A stretch of DNA of 64,000 bases from Squalus acanthias (taxonomy: Eukaryota), in the NCBI GenBank assembly GCA_030390025.1, contig CM059432.1, forward strand, positions 48,734,001 to 48,798,000. The letters are read 5' to 3'. Each line of letters starts with the position of its first letter. Within the stretch, counting starts at the first letter, position 1. A model generated the notes under the pieces. It searched no databases. It was not told the origin of the DNA and worked only from the letters and a program-made list of their open reading frames with translations. The position numbers and the translations under genes are program-made. Of this stretch, positions 1 through 11,672 are shown piece by piece.

Positions 1-329
1 TCTAGCAAAACTACCCTTATTAAAATTCTTTCAAATGGTTCTTGGGGAATTCATGAATTTCAATTAAGTTTTATATGTGTACTGATTATATGCTTGAAGC
101 AAAGGATATCTACCATCTATTTTGTAAATTAAAACTTATGAACAGTTTTGCTTGCCAACAACAGTAATAGATGCATCCCATTACCACATATTATATAGTG
201 TGTGTAACCTGCAATTTCCAGTTACCATAAGCTATGCATTCTCTGCCTATTTAATTGCTATTAAGTCCCAGGTGTTTTTTTAAAAAAGACTAACACAAGA
301 ACCAACACAAATTGACAGGATATGCAGCC

Positions 330-562
330 AGCAGGTGGTTTGACACGTTGGACCCCCTGGGACACATCTCATTGTCTTGGCTGTACTCTTAGTGTGTCTT
401 TGATGTAGGGAAAGATTTGAATAGATTTTGTCTGTGTTTAAATTGTGAATTCTGGGAGATTCTCTCACTGCTAACTTACCTGAGGAAGGAGCGAATAGCT
501 CCGAAAGCTTGTAAAATTAAATAAATCTGTTGGACTATAACCTGGTGTTGTGCGACTTCTCA
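330..562 (+). mobile_element. Penelope-like element 3' end (pLTR) fragment, family A
   Basis: Tail AATAAATCTGTTGGACTATAACCTGGTGTTGTGCGAC is shared with the GIY-YIG-encoding element at 26262-27515 and with 28247-28290. The left boundary is approximate. Confidence 0.75.
476..514 (+). ncRNA. Minimal type I hammerhead ribozyme motif (PLE family A)
   Basis: TTAC-CTGAGGA-A-GGAGC(GAATA)GCTCC-GAAA-GC-TT-GTAA: CUGANGA and GAAA cores, 4 bp stem I, 5 bp stem II, palindromic AAGCTT stem III. Confidence 0.75.
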
Positions 563-1276
563 TTATTTAATTGCTTACACTGAAACACTGGTGGACATGC
601 TGGAGAACAATCTCCTTCCCTCCCCCTTTTCACACCTGTGTTGTGAGGCAGAGGGGGGACAATATTAAACAAAGAGAAAAATAAATACACTTTTAAACTG
701 AAATTCAGACATGAAACAAAATTAACGTACCCTGTCACCATTTCAAATCCCTAAGTAGCAACTATAGATTCAAAATTCCTACAACATGACAGCTCAACTC
801 CAACATTCTGTTTCCTTTTCTTTTTGTTTCTGTACTTATGTTGAATTACAGACATTAAAATATCATCCTAGCTTTATGACAGAGTTCCAGCACCTTCTGT
901 TTGAAATTAAATGTAGATTAACTTCTGCATCTGTAGCAAAGTGGTAATTAAATTCTCCATCGGCACTAAAGCACCACATCCTCAGTAGCTGCCGGCCGAT
1001 CTCTCATTCCATCATTCCCCAGTATAAGATCCACCTCTGTGATCATAGGTTCAAACATGTGATTGGCCTGGTTGCTAACCACCAAATCTGGCTTAAACAC
1101 CCGAAGACACTGTCTCTCCCTTTCACTAGTAAAATCCATCTCTGGCTCTGTCAGCTAAGTGCTTTTGCAAGCTGCCATTTTAGAATAAAACTTCCATTTT
1201 AGAATAAAGCTTTCTATATAAACTTTGTAGTTTAATTAGGCAGCTAAAGATTGAAGCCTTGGTACCGATATTTACT

Positions 1277-4200
1277 GGGGAGGGATTTCCAATTGGGGAG
1301 GAGGAGTTCTGGTCGGGCCAGGTGTCCCCGAACACAGCGGAGTTTTAACTCCATGGTGTGCATGTTTTTTTTTTAACAGGTTCCCCAGAGGGAGAGTTGC
1401 GGAGCGGGGGTGGTGGCGTCGGGGAGGAATCGGAGAGAGAGATGGAGTGTCGGGGGAGAGTCGGTGATCGCGGGGGGGTCGGTGATCGCGGGGGGGGGGG
1501 GTCGGTGATCGCGGGGGGGTCGGTGATCGCGGGGGGGGGAGTCGGTGATCGCGGGGGCGGGGTTGGTGATCGCGGGGGGGGAATCGGTGATCGCGGGGGG
1601 GGTTGGTGATCGCGAAGGGGTCGGTGATCGCGGGGGGGTCGGTGATCGGGGGGGGGTCGGTGATCGCGGGGGGGGGTCGGTGATCGCGGGGGGGAGTCGG
1701 TGATCGCGGGGGGGGTTGGTGATCGCGGGGGGGTGATCGCGGGGGGGTCGGTGATCGCGGGGGGGGTCGGTGATCGCGGGGGCGGGGTTGGTGATCGCGG
1801 GGGGGGTGTCGGTGATCGCGGGGGCGGGGTTGGTGATCGCGGGGGGGTCGGTGATCGCGGGGGCGGGGTCGGTGATCGCGGGGGGGGTTGGTGATCGCGG
1901 GGGGGAGTCGGTGATCGCGGGGGGGGTCGGTGATCGCGGGGGGGGGGGAGTCGGTGATCGCGGGGGGGGTCGGTGATCGCAGGGGGGGAGTCGGTGATCG
2001 CGGGGGGGTCGGTGATCGCGGGGGGGGAGTCGGTGATCGCAGGGGGGGAGTCGGTGATCGCGGGGGGTGATCGCGGGGGGGGAGTCGGTGATCGCGGGGG
2101 GGTCGGTGATCGCGGGGGGTGATCGCGGGGGGGCAGTGATCGTGGGGGGGTCGGTGATCGTGGGGGGTGCGGTGATCGCGGGGGGTGATCGCGGGAGGGG
2201 TCAGTGATCGCGGGGGGTGATCGCGGGGGGGGCGGTGATCGTAGGGGGGTCGGTGATCGCGGGGATCGGTGATCGCGGGGGGTGCGGTGATCGCGGGGTT
2301 CGGTGATCGTGGGGGGGGTTGGTGATCGCGGGGGGGGTCGGTGATCGCGGGTGGGCGGTGATCACGGGGGGTGATCGCGGGGGGGGTCGGTGATCGTGGG
2401 GGGTGATCGCGGGGGGAGAGTCGGTGATCGCGGGGGGGTCGGTGATCGCGTGGGGGGTCGGTGATCGCGGGGGGGTCGGTGATCGGGGGGGGTCGGTGAT
2501 CGTGGGGGGGGTCGGTGATCGCGAAGGGGTCGGTGATCGCGGGGGGGTCGGTGATCGGGGGGGGTCGGTGATCGCGGGGGGGGGGGTCGGTGATCGCGGG
2601 GGGGGTCGGTGATCGCGGGGGGGTCGGTGATCGGGGGTGTCGGTGATATCGGGGGGTCGGTGATCGCGGGGTTCGGTGATCGTGGGGGGGGTTGGTGATC
2701 GCGGGGGGGGTCGGTGATCGCAGGGGGGGTTGGTGATCGCGTGGGGTCGGTGATCGGGGGGGGTCGGTGATCGTGGGGGGGGTCGGTGATCGCGGGGGGT
2801 CGGTGATCGCGGGGGGGTCGGTGATCGGGGGGGTGTCGGTGATCGCGGGGTGGGGTCGGTGATCGCGGGGGGGTCGGTGATCGCGGGGGGGTCGGTGATC
2901 GGGGGGGGTCGGTGATATCGGGGGGTCGGTGATCGCGGGGTTCGGTGATCGTGGGGGGGGTTGGTGATCGCGGGGGAGGTCGGTGATCACAGGGGGGTTG
3001 GTGATCGCGGGGGGTCGGTGATCGCGGGGTTCGGTGATCGTGGGGGGGGTTGGTGATCGCGGGGGGGTGATCGCGGGGGGGTCGGTGATCGCGGGGGGGG
3101 TCGGTGATCGCGGGGGCGGGGTTGGTGATCGCGGGGGGGAGTCGGTGATCGCGGGGGGGTTGGTGATCGGGGGTGTCGGTGATATCGGGGGGTCGGTGAT
3201 CGCGGGGTTCGGTGATCGTGGGGGGGGTTGGTGATCGCGGGGGGGGTCGGTGATCGCAGGGGGGGTTGGTGATCGCGGGTGGGCGGTGATCACGGGGGGT
3301 GATCGCGGGGGGGGTCGGTGATCGTGGGGGGTGATCGCGGGGGGAGAGTCGGTGATCGCGGGGGGTCGGTGATCGCGTGGGGGGTCGGTGATCGCGGGGG
3401 GGTCGGTGATCGGGGGGGGTCGGTGATCGTGGGGGGGGTCGGTGATCGCGAAGGGGTCGGTGATCGCGGGGGGGTCGGTGATCGGGGGGGGTCGGTGATC
3501 GCGGGGGGGGGGTCGGTGATCGCGGGGGGGGTCGGTGATCGCGGGGGGGTCGGTGATCGGGGGTGTCGGTGATATCGGGGGGTCGGTGATCGCGGGGTTC
3601 GGTGATCGTGGGGGGGGTTGGTGATCGCGGGGGGGGTCGGTGATCGCAGGGGGGGTTGGTGATCGCGTGGGGTCGGTGATCGGGGGGGGTCGGTGATCGT
3701 GGGGGGGGTCGGTGATCGCGGGGGGTCGGTGATCGCGGGGGGGTCGGTGATCGGGGGGGTGTCGGTGATCGCGGGGTGGGGTCGGTGATCGCGGGGGGGG
3801 TCGGTGATCGCGGGGGGGTCGGTGATCGGGGGGGGTCGGTGATATCGGGGGGTCGGTGATCGCGGGGTTCGGTGATCGTGGGGGGGGTTGGTGATCGCGG
3901 GGGAGGTCGGTGATCACAGGGGGGGTTGGTGATCGCGGGGGGTCGGTGATCGCGGGGTTCGGTGATCGTGGGGGGGGTTGGTGATCGCGGGGGGGTGATC
4001 GCGGGGGGGTCGGTGATCGCGGGGGGGGTCGGTGATCGCGGGGGCGGGGTTGGTGATCGCGGGGGGGGGGTCGGTGATCGCGGGGGCGGGGTTGGTGATC
4101 GCGGGGGGGGTCGGTGATCGCGGGGGGGGTCGGTGATCGCGGGGGGGGTTGGTGATCGCGGGGGGGAGTCGGTGATCGCGGGGGGGGTCGGTGATCGCGG

Positions 4201-7160
4201 GGGGGGAGTCGGTGATCGCGGGGGGGGTCGGTGATCGCAGGGGGGGAGTCGGTGATCGCGGGGGGGTCGGTGATCGCGGGGGGGGGAGTCGGTGATCGCA
4301 GGGGGGGAGTCGGTGATCGCGGGGGGTGATCGCGGGGGGGGAGTCGGTGATCGCGGGGGGGTCGGTGATCGCGGGGGGTGATCGCGGGGGGGGCAGTGAT
4401 CGCGGGGGGGTCGGTGATCGTGGGGGGTGCGGTGATCGCGGGGGGTGATCGCGGGAGGGGTCAGTGATCGCGGGGGGTGATCGCGGGGGGGGCGGTGATC
4501 GTAGGGGGGTCGGTGATCGCGGGGGATCGGTGATCGCGGGGGGTGCGGTGATCGCGGGGTTCGGTGATCGTGGGGTGGGTTGGTGATCGCGGGGGGGGTC
4601 GGTGATCGCGGGTGGGCGGTGATCACGGGGGGTGATCGCGGGGGGGGTCGGTGATCGTGGGGGGTGATCGCGGGGGGAGAGTCGGTGATCGCGGGGGGTC
4701 GGTGATCGCGTGGGGGGTCGGTGATCGCGGGGGGGTCGGTGATCGGGGGGGGTCGGTGATCGTGGGGGGGGTCGGTGATCGCGAAGGGGTCGGTGATCGC
4801 GGGGGGGTCGGTGATCGGGGGGGGGTCGGTGATCGCGGGGGGGGGGTCGGTGATCGCGGGGGGGGGTCGGTGATCGCGGGGGGGTCGGTGATCGGGGGTG
4901 TCGGTGATATCGGGGGGTCGGTGATCGCGGGGTTCGGTGATCGTGGGGGGGGTTGGTGATCGCGGGGGGGGTCGGTGATCGCAGGGGGGGTTGGTGATCG
5001 CGTGGGGTCGGTGATCGGGGGGGTCGGTGATCGTGGGGGGGGTCGGTGATCGCGGGGGGTCGGTGATCGCGGGGGGGTCGGTGATCGGGGGGGTGTCGGT
5101 GATCGCGGGGTGGGGTCGGTGATCGCGGGGGGGGTCGGTGATCGCGGGGGGGTCGGTGATCGGGGGGGGTCGGTGATATCGGGGGGTCGGTGATCGCGGG
5201 GTTCGGTGATCGTGGGGGGGGTTGGTGATCGCGGGGGAGGTCGGTGATCACAGGGGGGGTTGGTGATCGCGGGGGGTCGGTGATCGCGGGGTTCGGTGAT
5301 CGTGGGGGGGGTTGGTGATCGCGGGGGGGGTCGGTGATCGCAGGGGGGGTTGGTGATCGCGGGGGGTCGGTGATCGCGGGGGGTCGGTGATCACGGGGGT
5401 CGGTGATCGCAGGGGGGGTTGGTGATCGCGGGGGGTCGGTGATCGCGGGGGGGGTGGGTGCTCGCGGGGGTCGGTGATCGCGGGGGTCGGTGATCGCGGG
5501 GTGAGTGGGTGATCGCGGGGGGGGTCGGTGATCGCGGGGGGGTCGGTGATCGCGGGAGGGGTCAGTGATCGCGGGGGGTGATCGCGGGGGGGGCGGTGAT
5601 CGTAGGGGGGTCGGTGATCGCGGGGGATCGGTGATCGCGGGGGGTGCGGTGATCGCGGGGTTCGGTGATCGTGGGGGCGGGGTTGGTGATCGCGGGGGGG
5701 GTCGGTGATCGCGGGGGGGCGGTGATCACGGGGGGTGATCGCGGGGGGGGTCGGTGATCGCGGGGGGTGATCGCCGGGGGAGAGTCGGTGATCGCGGGGG
5801 GTCGGTGATCGCGTGGGGGGTCGGTGATCGCGGGGGGGTCGGTGATCGGGGGGGGTCGGTGATCGTGGGGGGGGTCGGTGATCGCGAAGGGGTCGGTGAT
5901 CGCGGGGGGGTCGGTGATCGGGGGGGGGGTCGGTGATCGCGGGGGGGGGGTCGGTGATCACGGGGGGGGTCGGTGATCGCGGGGGGGTCGGTGATCGGGG
6001 GTGTCGGTGATATCGGGGGGTCGGTGATCGCGGGGTTCGGTGATCGTGGGGGCGGGGTTGGTGATCGCGGGGGGGGTCGGTGATCGCAGGGGGGTTTGGT
6101 GATCGCGTGGGGTCGGTGATCGGGGGGGTCGGTGATCGCGGGGGCGGGGTCGGTGATCGGGGGGGTGTCGGTGATCGCGGGGGTGGGGTCGGTGATCGTG
6201 GGGGCGGGGTTGGTGATCGCGGGGGGGTCGGTGATCGGGGGGGGTCGGTGATATCGGGGGGTCGGTGATCGCGGGGTTCGGTGATCGTGGGGGGGGTTGG
6301 TGATCGCGGGGGAGGTCGGTGATCGCAGGGGGGGTTGGTGATCGCGGGGGGTCGGTGATCGCGGGGTTCGGTGATCGTGGGGGGGGTTGGTGATCGCGGG
6401 GGGGGTCGGTGATCGCAGGGGGGGTTGGTGATCGCGGGGGGTCGGTGATCGCGGGGGGTCGGTGATCACGGGGGTCGGTGATCGGGGTGGGGGGGAGGGT
6501 CAGTGATCGCTTGGTGGGGTGGGTGATTGCTCTGTAACTAATTTTCAGTCTGTCTGCACTGTTCCTGTTAAAGTCATAAACAATGCTAGAGATTAGAGAC
6601 AGGTTGATGTTATCGCCATAAAGGGATTGATGCAGTTGCTCACGGTGGGGGGGGGGGCGGTCGGTTATCGCTGGGTGGTGGGTTGGGTGATTGCGGGGGG
6701 GCGTTGTTGATCACGGGGGTGCAGTCAATGCGTTGGGGATGGGGTGGTGATCGCGGGGTGTTCGGTGAGAGATTGTGGAGATGAGGGTGTGTTTACAGGT
6801 TAGCCTTTGGGGCCTGGAGGATACACTCCTGCTCCTCCTGGCCCACAAGCAGTGCTGTAAAGGGACTTACCTAATGGATCCGGCCCTTCTCGCCTTCTTT
6901 TACCTGCCGGGCCCAGGAAACCCGGCCGACTATGGTTAAAAATAGAAACGCTGTTAAGTTGGTGGCACGCAGCCTCCTGAAAAGGTTTCAACGACCAACC
7001 CACCCCCTGGGAGAGGATTGGTCGCTTGCCCCTCATCCTGCCTCCATTAAAACCGTAAGTGGGCGGGATCGAGACGGGTTGTGTTCCTGTTTAAAATTTT
7101 TTACTTTTTTTATCTCCCACCCAACCCAAACCCATGCGCTTTTAGGGGATAAAACTACTT
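1277..7160 (-). mobile_element. Non-autonomous DNA transposon (MITE-like) hosting the minisatellite
   Basis: 6810-6925 is the reverse complement of 15700-15800 in the MITE at 15474-16278 (CACTCCTGCTCCTCCTGGC.CACAAGCAGTGCT...ACTTACCT). Ends are not sharply defined. Confidence 0.55.
1459..6510. repeat. G-rich CpG minisatellite, unit about (GTCGGTGATCGCG5-9)n, with higher-order duplications
   Basis: Directly visible tandem array of 14-21 bp units over about 5 kb. Degenerate units continue to about 6760. Confidence 0.98.
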
Positions 7161-7719
7161 GTCTAGTCAAGCCTGTCACTGGAGCATTTTGAGAGGAGGC
7201 ATTAATTCATTCTTGTTATCTTATGTTTTACAGGATGGTTTTAGGGAGGCCTCGGGAGGTCAGGTACTGGGTGTTATCTCGGATAAGGTATTACTCTGGT
7301 ATGAGGTTATCTCTGCTGTTAGGTAGAGAAAAAATTGGACAATTGATGGGAGACCTTCTGGGCCACAATGTCCGTTAGGAATAAGGGTGCTTTTAATGTA
7401 TCTAAGCTTGGACTTAGAGCATAGATGTAAGAATGTCCTCAGAGTAAGACTGGGCTGCTCACGTGTTACCCCAAGGCCATTCAAGATCAATCTCCTCGAA
7501 ACCTTGTATATGCTAACAGGTTGTATCTGTCTTTAACTGACTATGCTATAAGTATAACCTTTCCATTTTAACTTCTTTACATCTTGTAATGTAGCTTCTT
7601 TTATAACTGTAATGAATGTATATACTTTGGAACAAGGCTCCCTGTAGTTTTTGAGTATCACAGACCGAATCTAATATAAATCACTTACAGGCCCCAAAAT
7701 TATCTTGAAGAGTAGGAGT

Positions 7720-9520
7720 GACTTCAAACTTCTATTCTCCGCTATCTAATATCTACTCTATCTTCTACCTTCTGCTTCCTCTTCTTCTAAACTCAAGGAT
7801 CTAATGGACTTCTTCAGGGCTAAAATTAATGCTATTCACAGAATTGTTCTGCCTCTACCCCTTTCTTAGTTTAAATCCCTTATTTATCCCTTCCTCCAAA
7901 CTGTCTCACCCCCCACTCCACCTTTATTCCATAGTTAATTCTCATCAAACTCATATTATCCATGAAATCCACCATGCTCCCTCATCCCTATACCTTCTCT
8001 TTGAGCGCCATACTTCTCTGCATCAACCCCTTTATGGCGATAACATCAACCTGTCTCTAACCTCTAGCATTGTTCCTTCCTCCTTCAAAACTGGCGTTAT
8101 TACCCTCTTCTCAAAACACCTACCTTAGACCCCTCCATCCTTTCCAATTACTGTCCTAATTCTAACCATTCCTTCCTTACCAAGTTACTACACTGTGTCA
8201 TTGCTGAGCGGTTTTGCACCCACCTCGTACCACAGCTTGTTCGAGACTCTGAAAACTAATTTTCAGTCTGTCTGCACTGTTCCTGTTAAAGTCATAAATG
8301 ACACCTTTTGTGACAGTAGTCGCTCCCATGTCCCTTGACAGTTCCACTGTTTTTGATATTGTTGCTCGTTCCATCCTCCTACATAGTAGTGTGTTTCCTT
8401 GGTAGTCCATCTTTGTGGAACTGCTCTCTATCAGTTTCACTCTTACCTCTCTGGATGACTCTAAGTATTGGATGTGTCAAAATTTTCCCCAGTTTAATGC
8501 TGAAAAAGCCAAAGCCATCTTTTTTGACAACTTTTAATTTCTATGTGAGTTTCTCCTAGCTCAATTAACCTCTCCGAATGTCTCCTCAGTTTTAGTCCGG
8601 TGGTGCGGAATCTCAGCATGCTGCTGGTTCCCAAGCTTCCTTACATCTCTTCCATCACTAGACTGCTTTCTTCCACCTTTGTAACACTGCCGCTACTGCC
8701 ACCAGATCCATATTCATATCTTTATTATCTCCAGGCTTAACTTTTCAAATTATTACCTCTGCTATTTAATCATCACCTTGTTTTTCTTTTTAGTACATTG
8801 CAGGCCATTTCATCCATATTTCCTCTATGTGTAATTTTTTTAATTTTTTGCTGCCTTCCTTTTGTTCGACACTATTTAAATGCTTGCTCATTTTTCAGTT
8901 TTGATGAACCGAAAACGTTAACATGTCTGTTCTCTTCTTGGATGACGACTGGCTTGATGTACATTTCCAGCATTTTTGGCTTATGTTTCTTTTCAAATGC
9001 ACTACTGGCTGGGCTTCCTGATTTCACCCCGCAGGTAGCAACTCATTCAGAGTGACACTGCGCATGTAATTACCCACTTAAAGCTCTGCATTTTCAAGCT
9101 CCTTGGCCCCTACAAACCAATTTTAAGATCCTTATCCTCACCTTTAAATGTCTCTCTGGTTTGCTCCATAATAACTCAATGGCCGCCTTATGTCCTTTTT
9201 TGCACCCTTCATTTTTCTGATGCTGGTTTACTTCTCATTCCATGAGTATCTTCACTCCACTATTGTTTTTTTCAACCACAATGCTCCTTCCTCTGGAACT
9301 CCACCCCGAAAATCCACTGCCTTACTTCCTCCCTCCCTCCATTTGAAAAGCTCACTAAAGTCTGTTCTTTTCAACTGCTTCTTAAGCCCATTCCCTGCCC
9401 CTTAAACCCATTCTATCAATTCTCCTTTGCACTCAGTGCCCATTTTATTCTCCGAGTTGTAAAGCACTTTGGGGCATCTTTTCAATGCTAAAAGCACCAT
9501 ACAAACTTAAACATTGTTGA
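7720..9520 (+). mobile_element. Old, degenerate L2 LINE (RT region to 3' end)
   Basis: Remnant SSIVPSSFKTGVIT...LDPSILSNY.P translation and an L2-like tail TGTAAAGCACTTTGGG...AAAGCACCATAC. Confidence 0.7.
8751..8988 (+). mobile_element. Degenerate solo Penelope pLTR (family B) inserted in L2
   Basis: Flanked by a 10 bp direct repeat CTTTTCAAAT (8741-8750, 8989-8998). Contains decayed TTGATGAA...GAAAACGTTAAC and TTTCCAGCATTTT motifs of family B. Confidence 0.6.
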
Positions 9521-10089
9521 TAAATGACCTCGTCACAACTAAATTAAAAGTGGCTTATATTTAAGCTGTTTAAAATAAATCTACACGCAATAAACAGAAA
9601 ACACAATGGCAAAATGTGGATTACAAGGTTTATGCTATTTATGAGGAAGACCATAATAAATTCTGCATTCCACAATTCCCCATTTCTGTTTTCTTTGATT
9701 ATATTTGAAGCGCTCAGATCAGTCTAGAAGATGACTGTTAATTAACTGGGAAAAGAAGCATGCCATCCTTTGAATTCAGATAAGCAGAATAAATCTCCCA
9801 CATCTAGGCCACTCTAATGCAGTAGGATAGAATGATGAAAAACTGATTCAGCTCAAGGGCATTCGGAAGAGGAATATATCATTTAAAAAGGGGCAGCAAC
9901 ATCAATGCAAATGGTCTTAGTTATGCATTTGATGGCATAATAATAGTAGTATATTCTGGATGATTTAAAAAAAAAAAGTGTACAGTTACATACAGGCAAA
10001 GCTAAAAATCGGTGTTTTTTTTGTAACAGAATTTTTTTTACAAGTCAACCAAAAGTGAACCGAGGCTGAGTTGAGGTGAAATAAGATTG

Positions 10090-10210
10090 GTTTCCCACAT
10101 TACAACAGTGACTACACTCCAAAAAGTACTTCATTGGCTGTAAAGCACTTTGAGACGTTCGGTGGTCGTGAAAGGCGCTATATAAATGTAAGTCTTTCTT
10201 TTTTCTTTTT
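10090..10210 (+). mobile_element. 3' tail fragment of Deu-domain SINE
   Basis: CATTACAACAGTGACTACACT...GGCTGTAAAGCACTTTG...GGCGCTATATAAATG matches the tail of 17165-17625. Confidence 0.75.
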
Positions 10211-10764
10211 AGAGTAAGCAGCACAATTGAGCTGAGTTTGGATTTCAGGCTTGATGCTCATTCATGAATTGATCGCTGGTCATCACAAGTGGAACAAAAA
10301 TGAACAGGCCGACAGACTCGGTAAGCTCACGAAGCGAGAAGGAGCTCACGGTGTTTTCTCATGTCGACCCAGACTATGATATTATAAAGTGCCCTATTCT
10401 TGGTGCTTATGATTTAACACGTCAAGCATACAGGGAGAAATGATAAAACAATTGATTTTGACTTTTGGGTGGCTGACCGGCGGAGTGTGTCAGTCGGCCG
10501 TCCGTCCTGACGGCTGCAAATTTGAGGTTCTGTCTCATTTACATCGAACCGGTGAACGCAACTCAGGAGAGAAGAGATCAGGGTGACACAGCACAGGGCC
10601 AGCCTGATTGGGCAAACACAGTGAGCCTCAGAAATCAGAGGGCTTGACCCACCTAAAGAAAGTCAAGGAGCTATAATGATTAAAGGGAGAGATCTTGTCT
10701 GCCTCACTCCGAACACCACGAAGACATGCAGTGCACAGTAAAAGAAGCGCTGAATGATTTTAGG

Positions 10765-10862
10765 GGTTTAACTGGGGTCGAGGTGCAGATCAGCCTTGAT
10801 CTAATAGAATTGCGGAACAGGCTCGAGGGGCTGAATGGGCTACTCCTGTTACTATGTTCCTA
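10765..10862 (+). mobile_element. CR1 3' UTR fragment
   Basis: GATCAGCC.TGATCT...GGAACAGGCTCGAGGGGCTGAATGG.CTACTCCTG matches the 3' UTRs of the other CR1 copies. Confidence 0.7.
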
Positions 10863-11672
10863 ACTGCTTGCGGGGCCTGGGTCGTACAAGTCGAGAAGGG
10901 ATGGAAGACGTGCAGCTGACCAACAGTGCTTGAGAGCTCAGATAAAGGCAGAGAGAATGCTCAATCCTCACCTCACAAACTGAATTTAAAAAGTCACCAG
11001 ATTCTGGGAGCGTGTTTCCAGTCACACCGGGGGATCGAGGTGGTTGAGAAATGCTTCTACAGCACACCACATTCTAATGAGATAGCATTGTGTGTCTTAC
11101 CTGTTCAGGGGGAAGACATGGGAGGCCACATGAGACACTGCCCCCTGCGTCACCTAAGTGATGGACGGACTGGCGTGGGCAGCCCACGGCAGACCTTGGG
11201 TGCAGCACCCAGCTAGACAAAGGGTGGTGGCAAGGCGGAGCCTACCAGAAAGCACAGGCATACCCCGCCCCACAGTACATGGGACCACAGATGGTGATGA
11301 CACTAAGGACTGGAGTGGAAGGTTTCCACACCACCCATGAACTGTTGGGGTCTGGGAGAATCAGCAGTCGTTGTGTTATGCCTAGAGATGCAGAGAGCCG
11401 GCATGGGCTTGACGGGTCGAATGGCCTCCTTCTGTGCTATAACCATTCTATGATTCTAGAGTGGTCTCCCCAATCAAACAGTAGGGCTCACACGTGAGGG
11501 ACCTCCCCAGGGAAGGGAGATACATTATGTGTTGGAATTTTTAACCATTTTTCCAAAGAAAAGATTTCGAGATAAGTTATATTTAAGTGGTGTGTTATAA
11601 ATTAAAGTAAGTTCACACAGGTTTAAAATTCTCCTTATAGCCATATGCTGCAGCTGCTGAGACAAACACTTA

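Noticed and set aside
1272..6469. Long Pro/Arg-rich ORFs (881, 754, 445, 237 and 247 aa) on minus and Gly-rich ORFs on plus
   Set aside because: They are translations of the minisatellite. The C-rich strand lacks stops in all frames, and variable G-run length shifts frame at random, so there is no codon-level constraint.
1459..6510. CRISPR-like or bacterial repeat array
   Set aside because: There are no unique spacers and no cas genes, and the context is a vertebrate intron.
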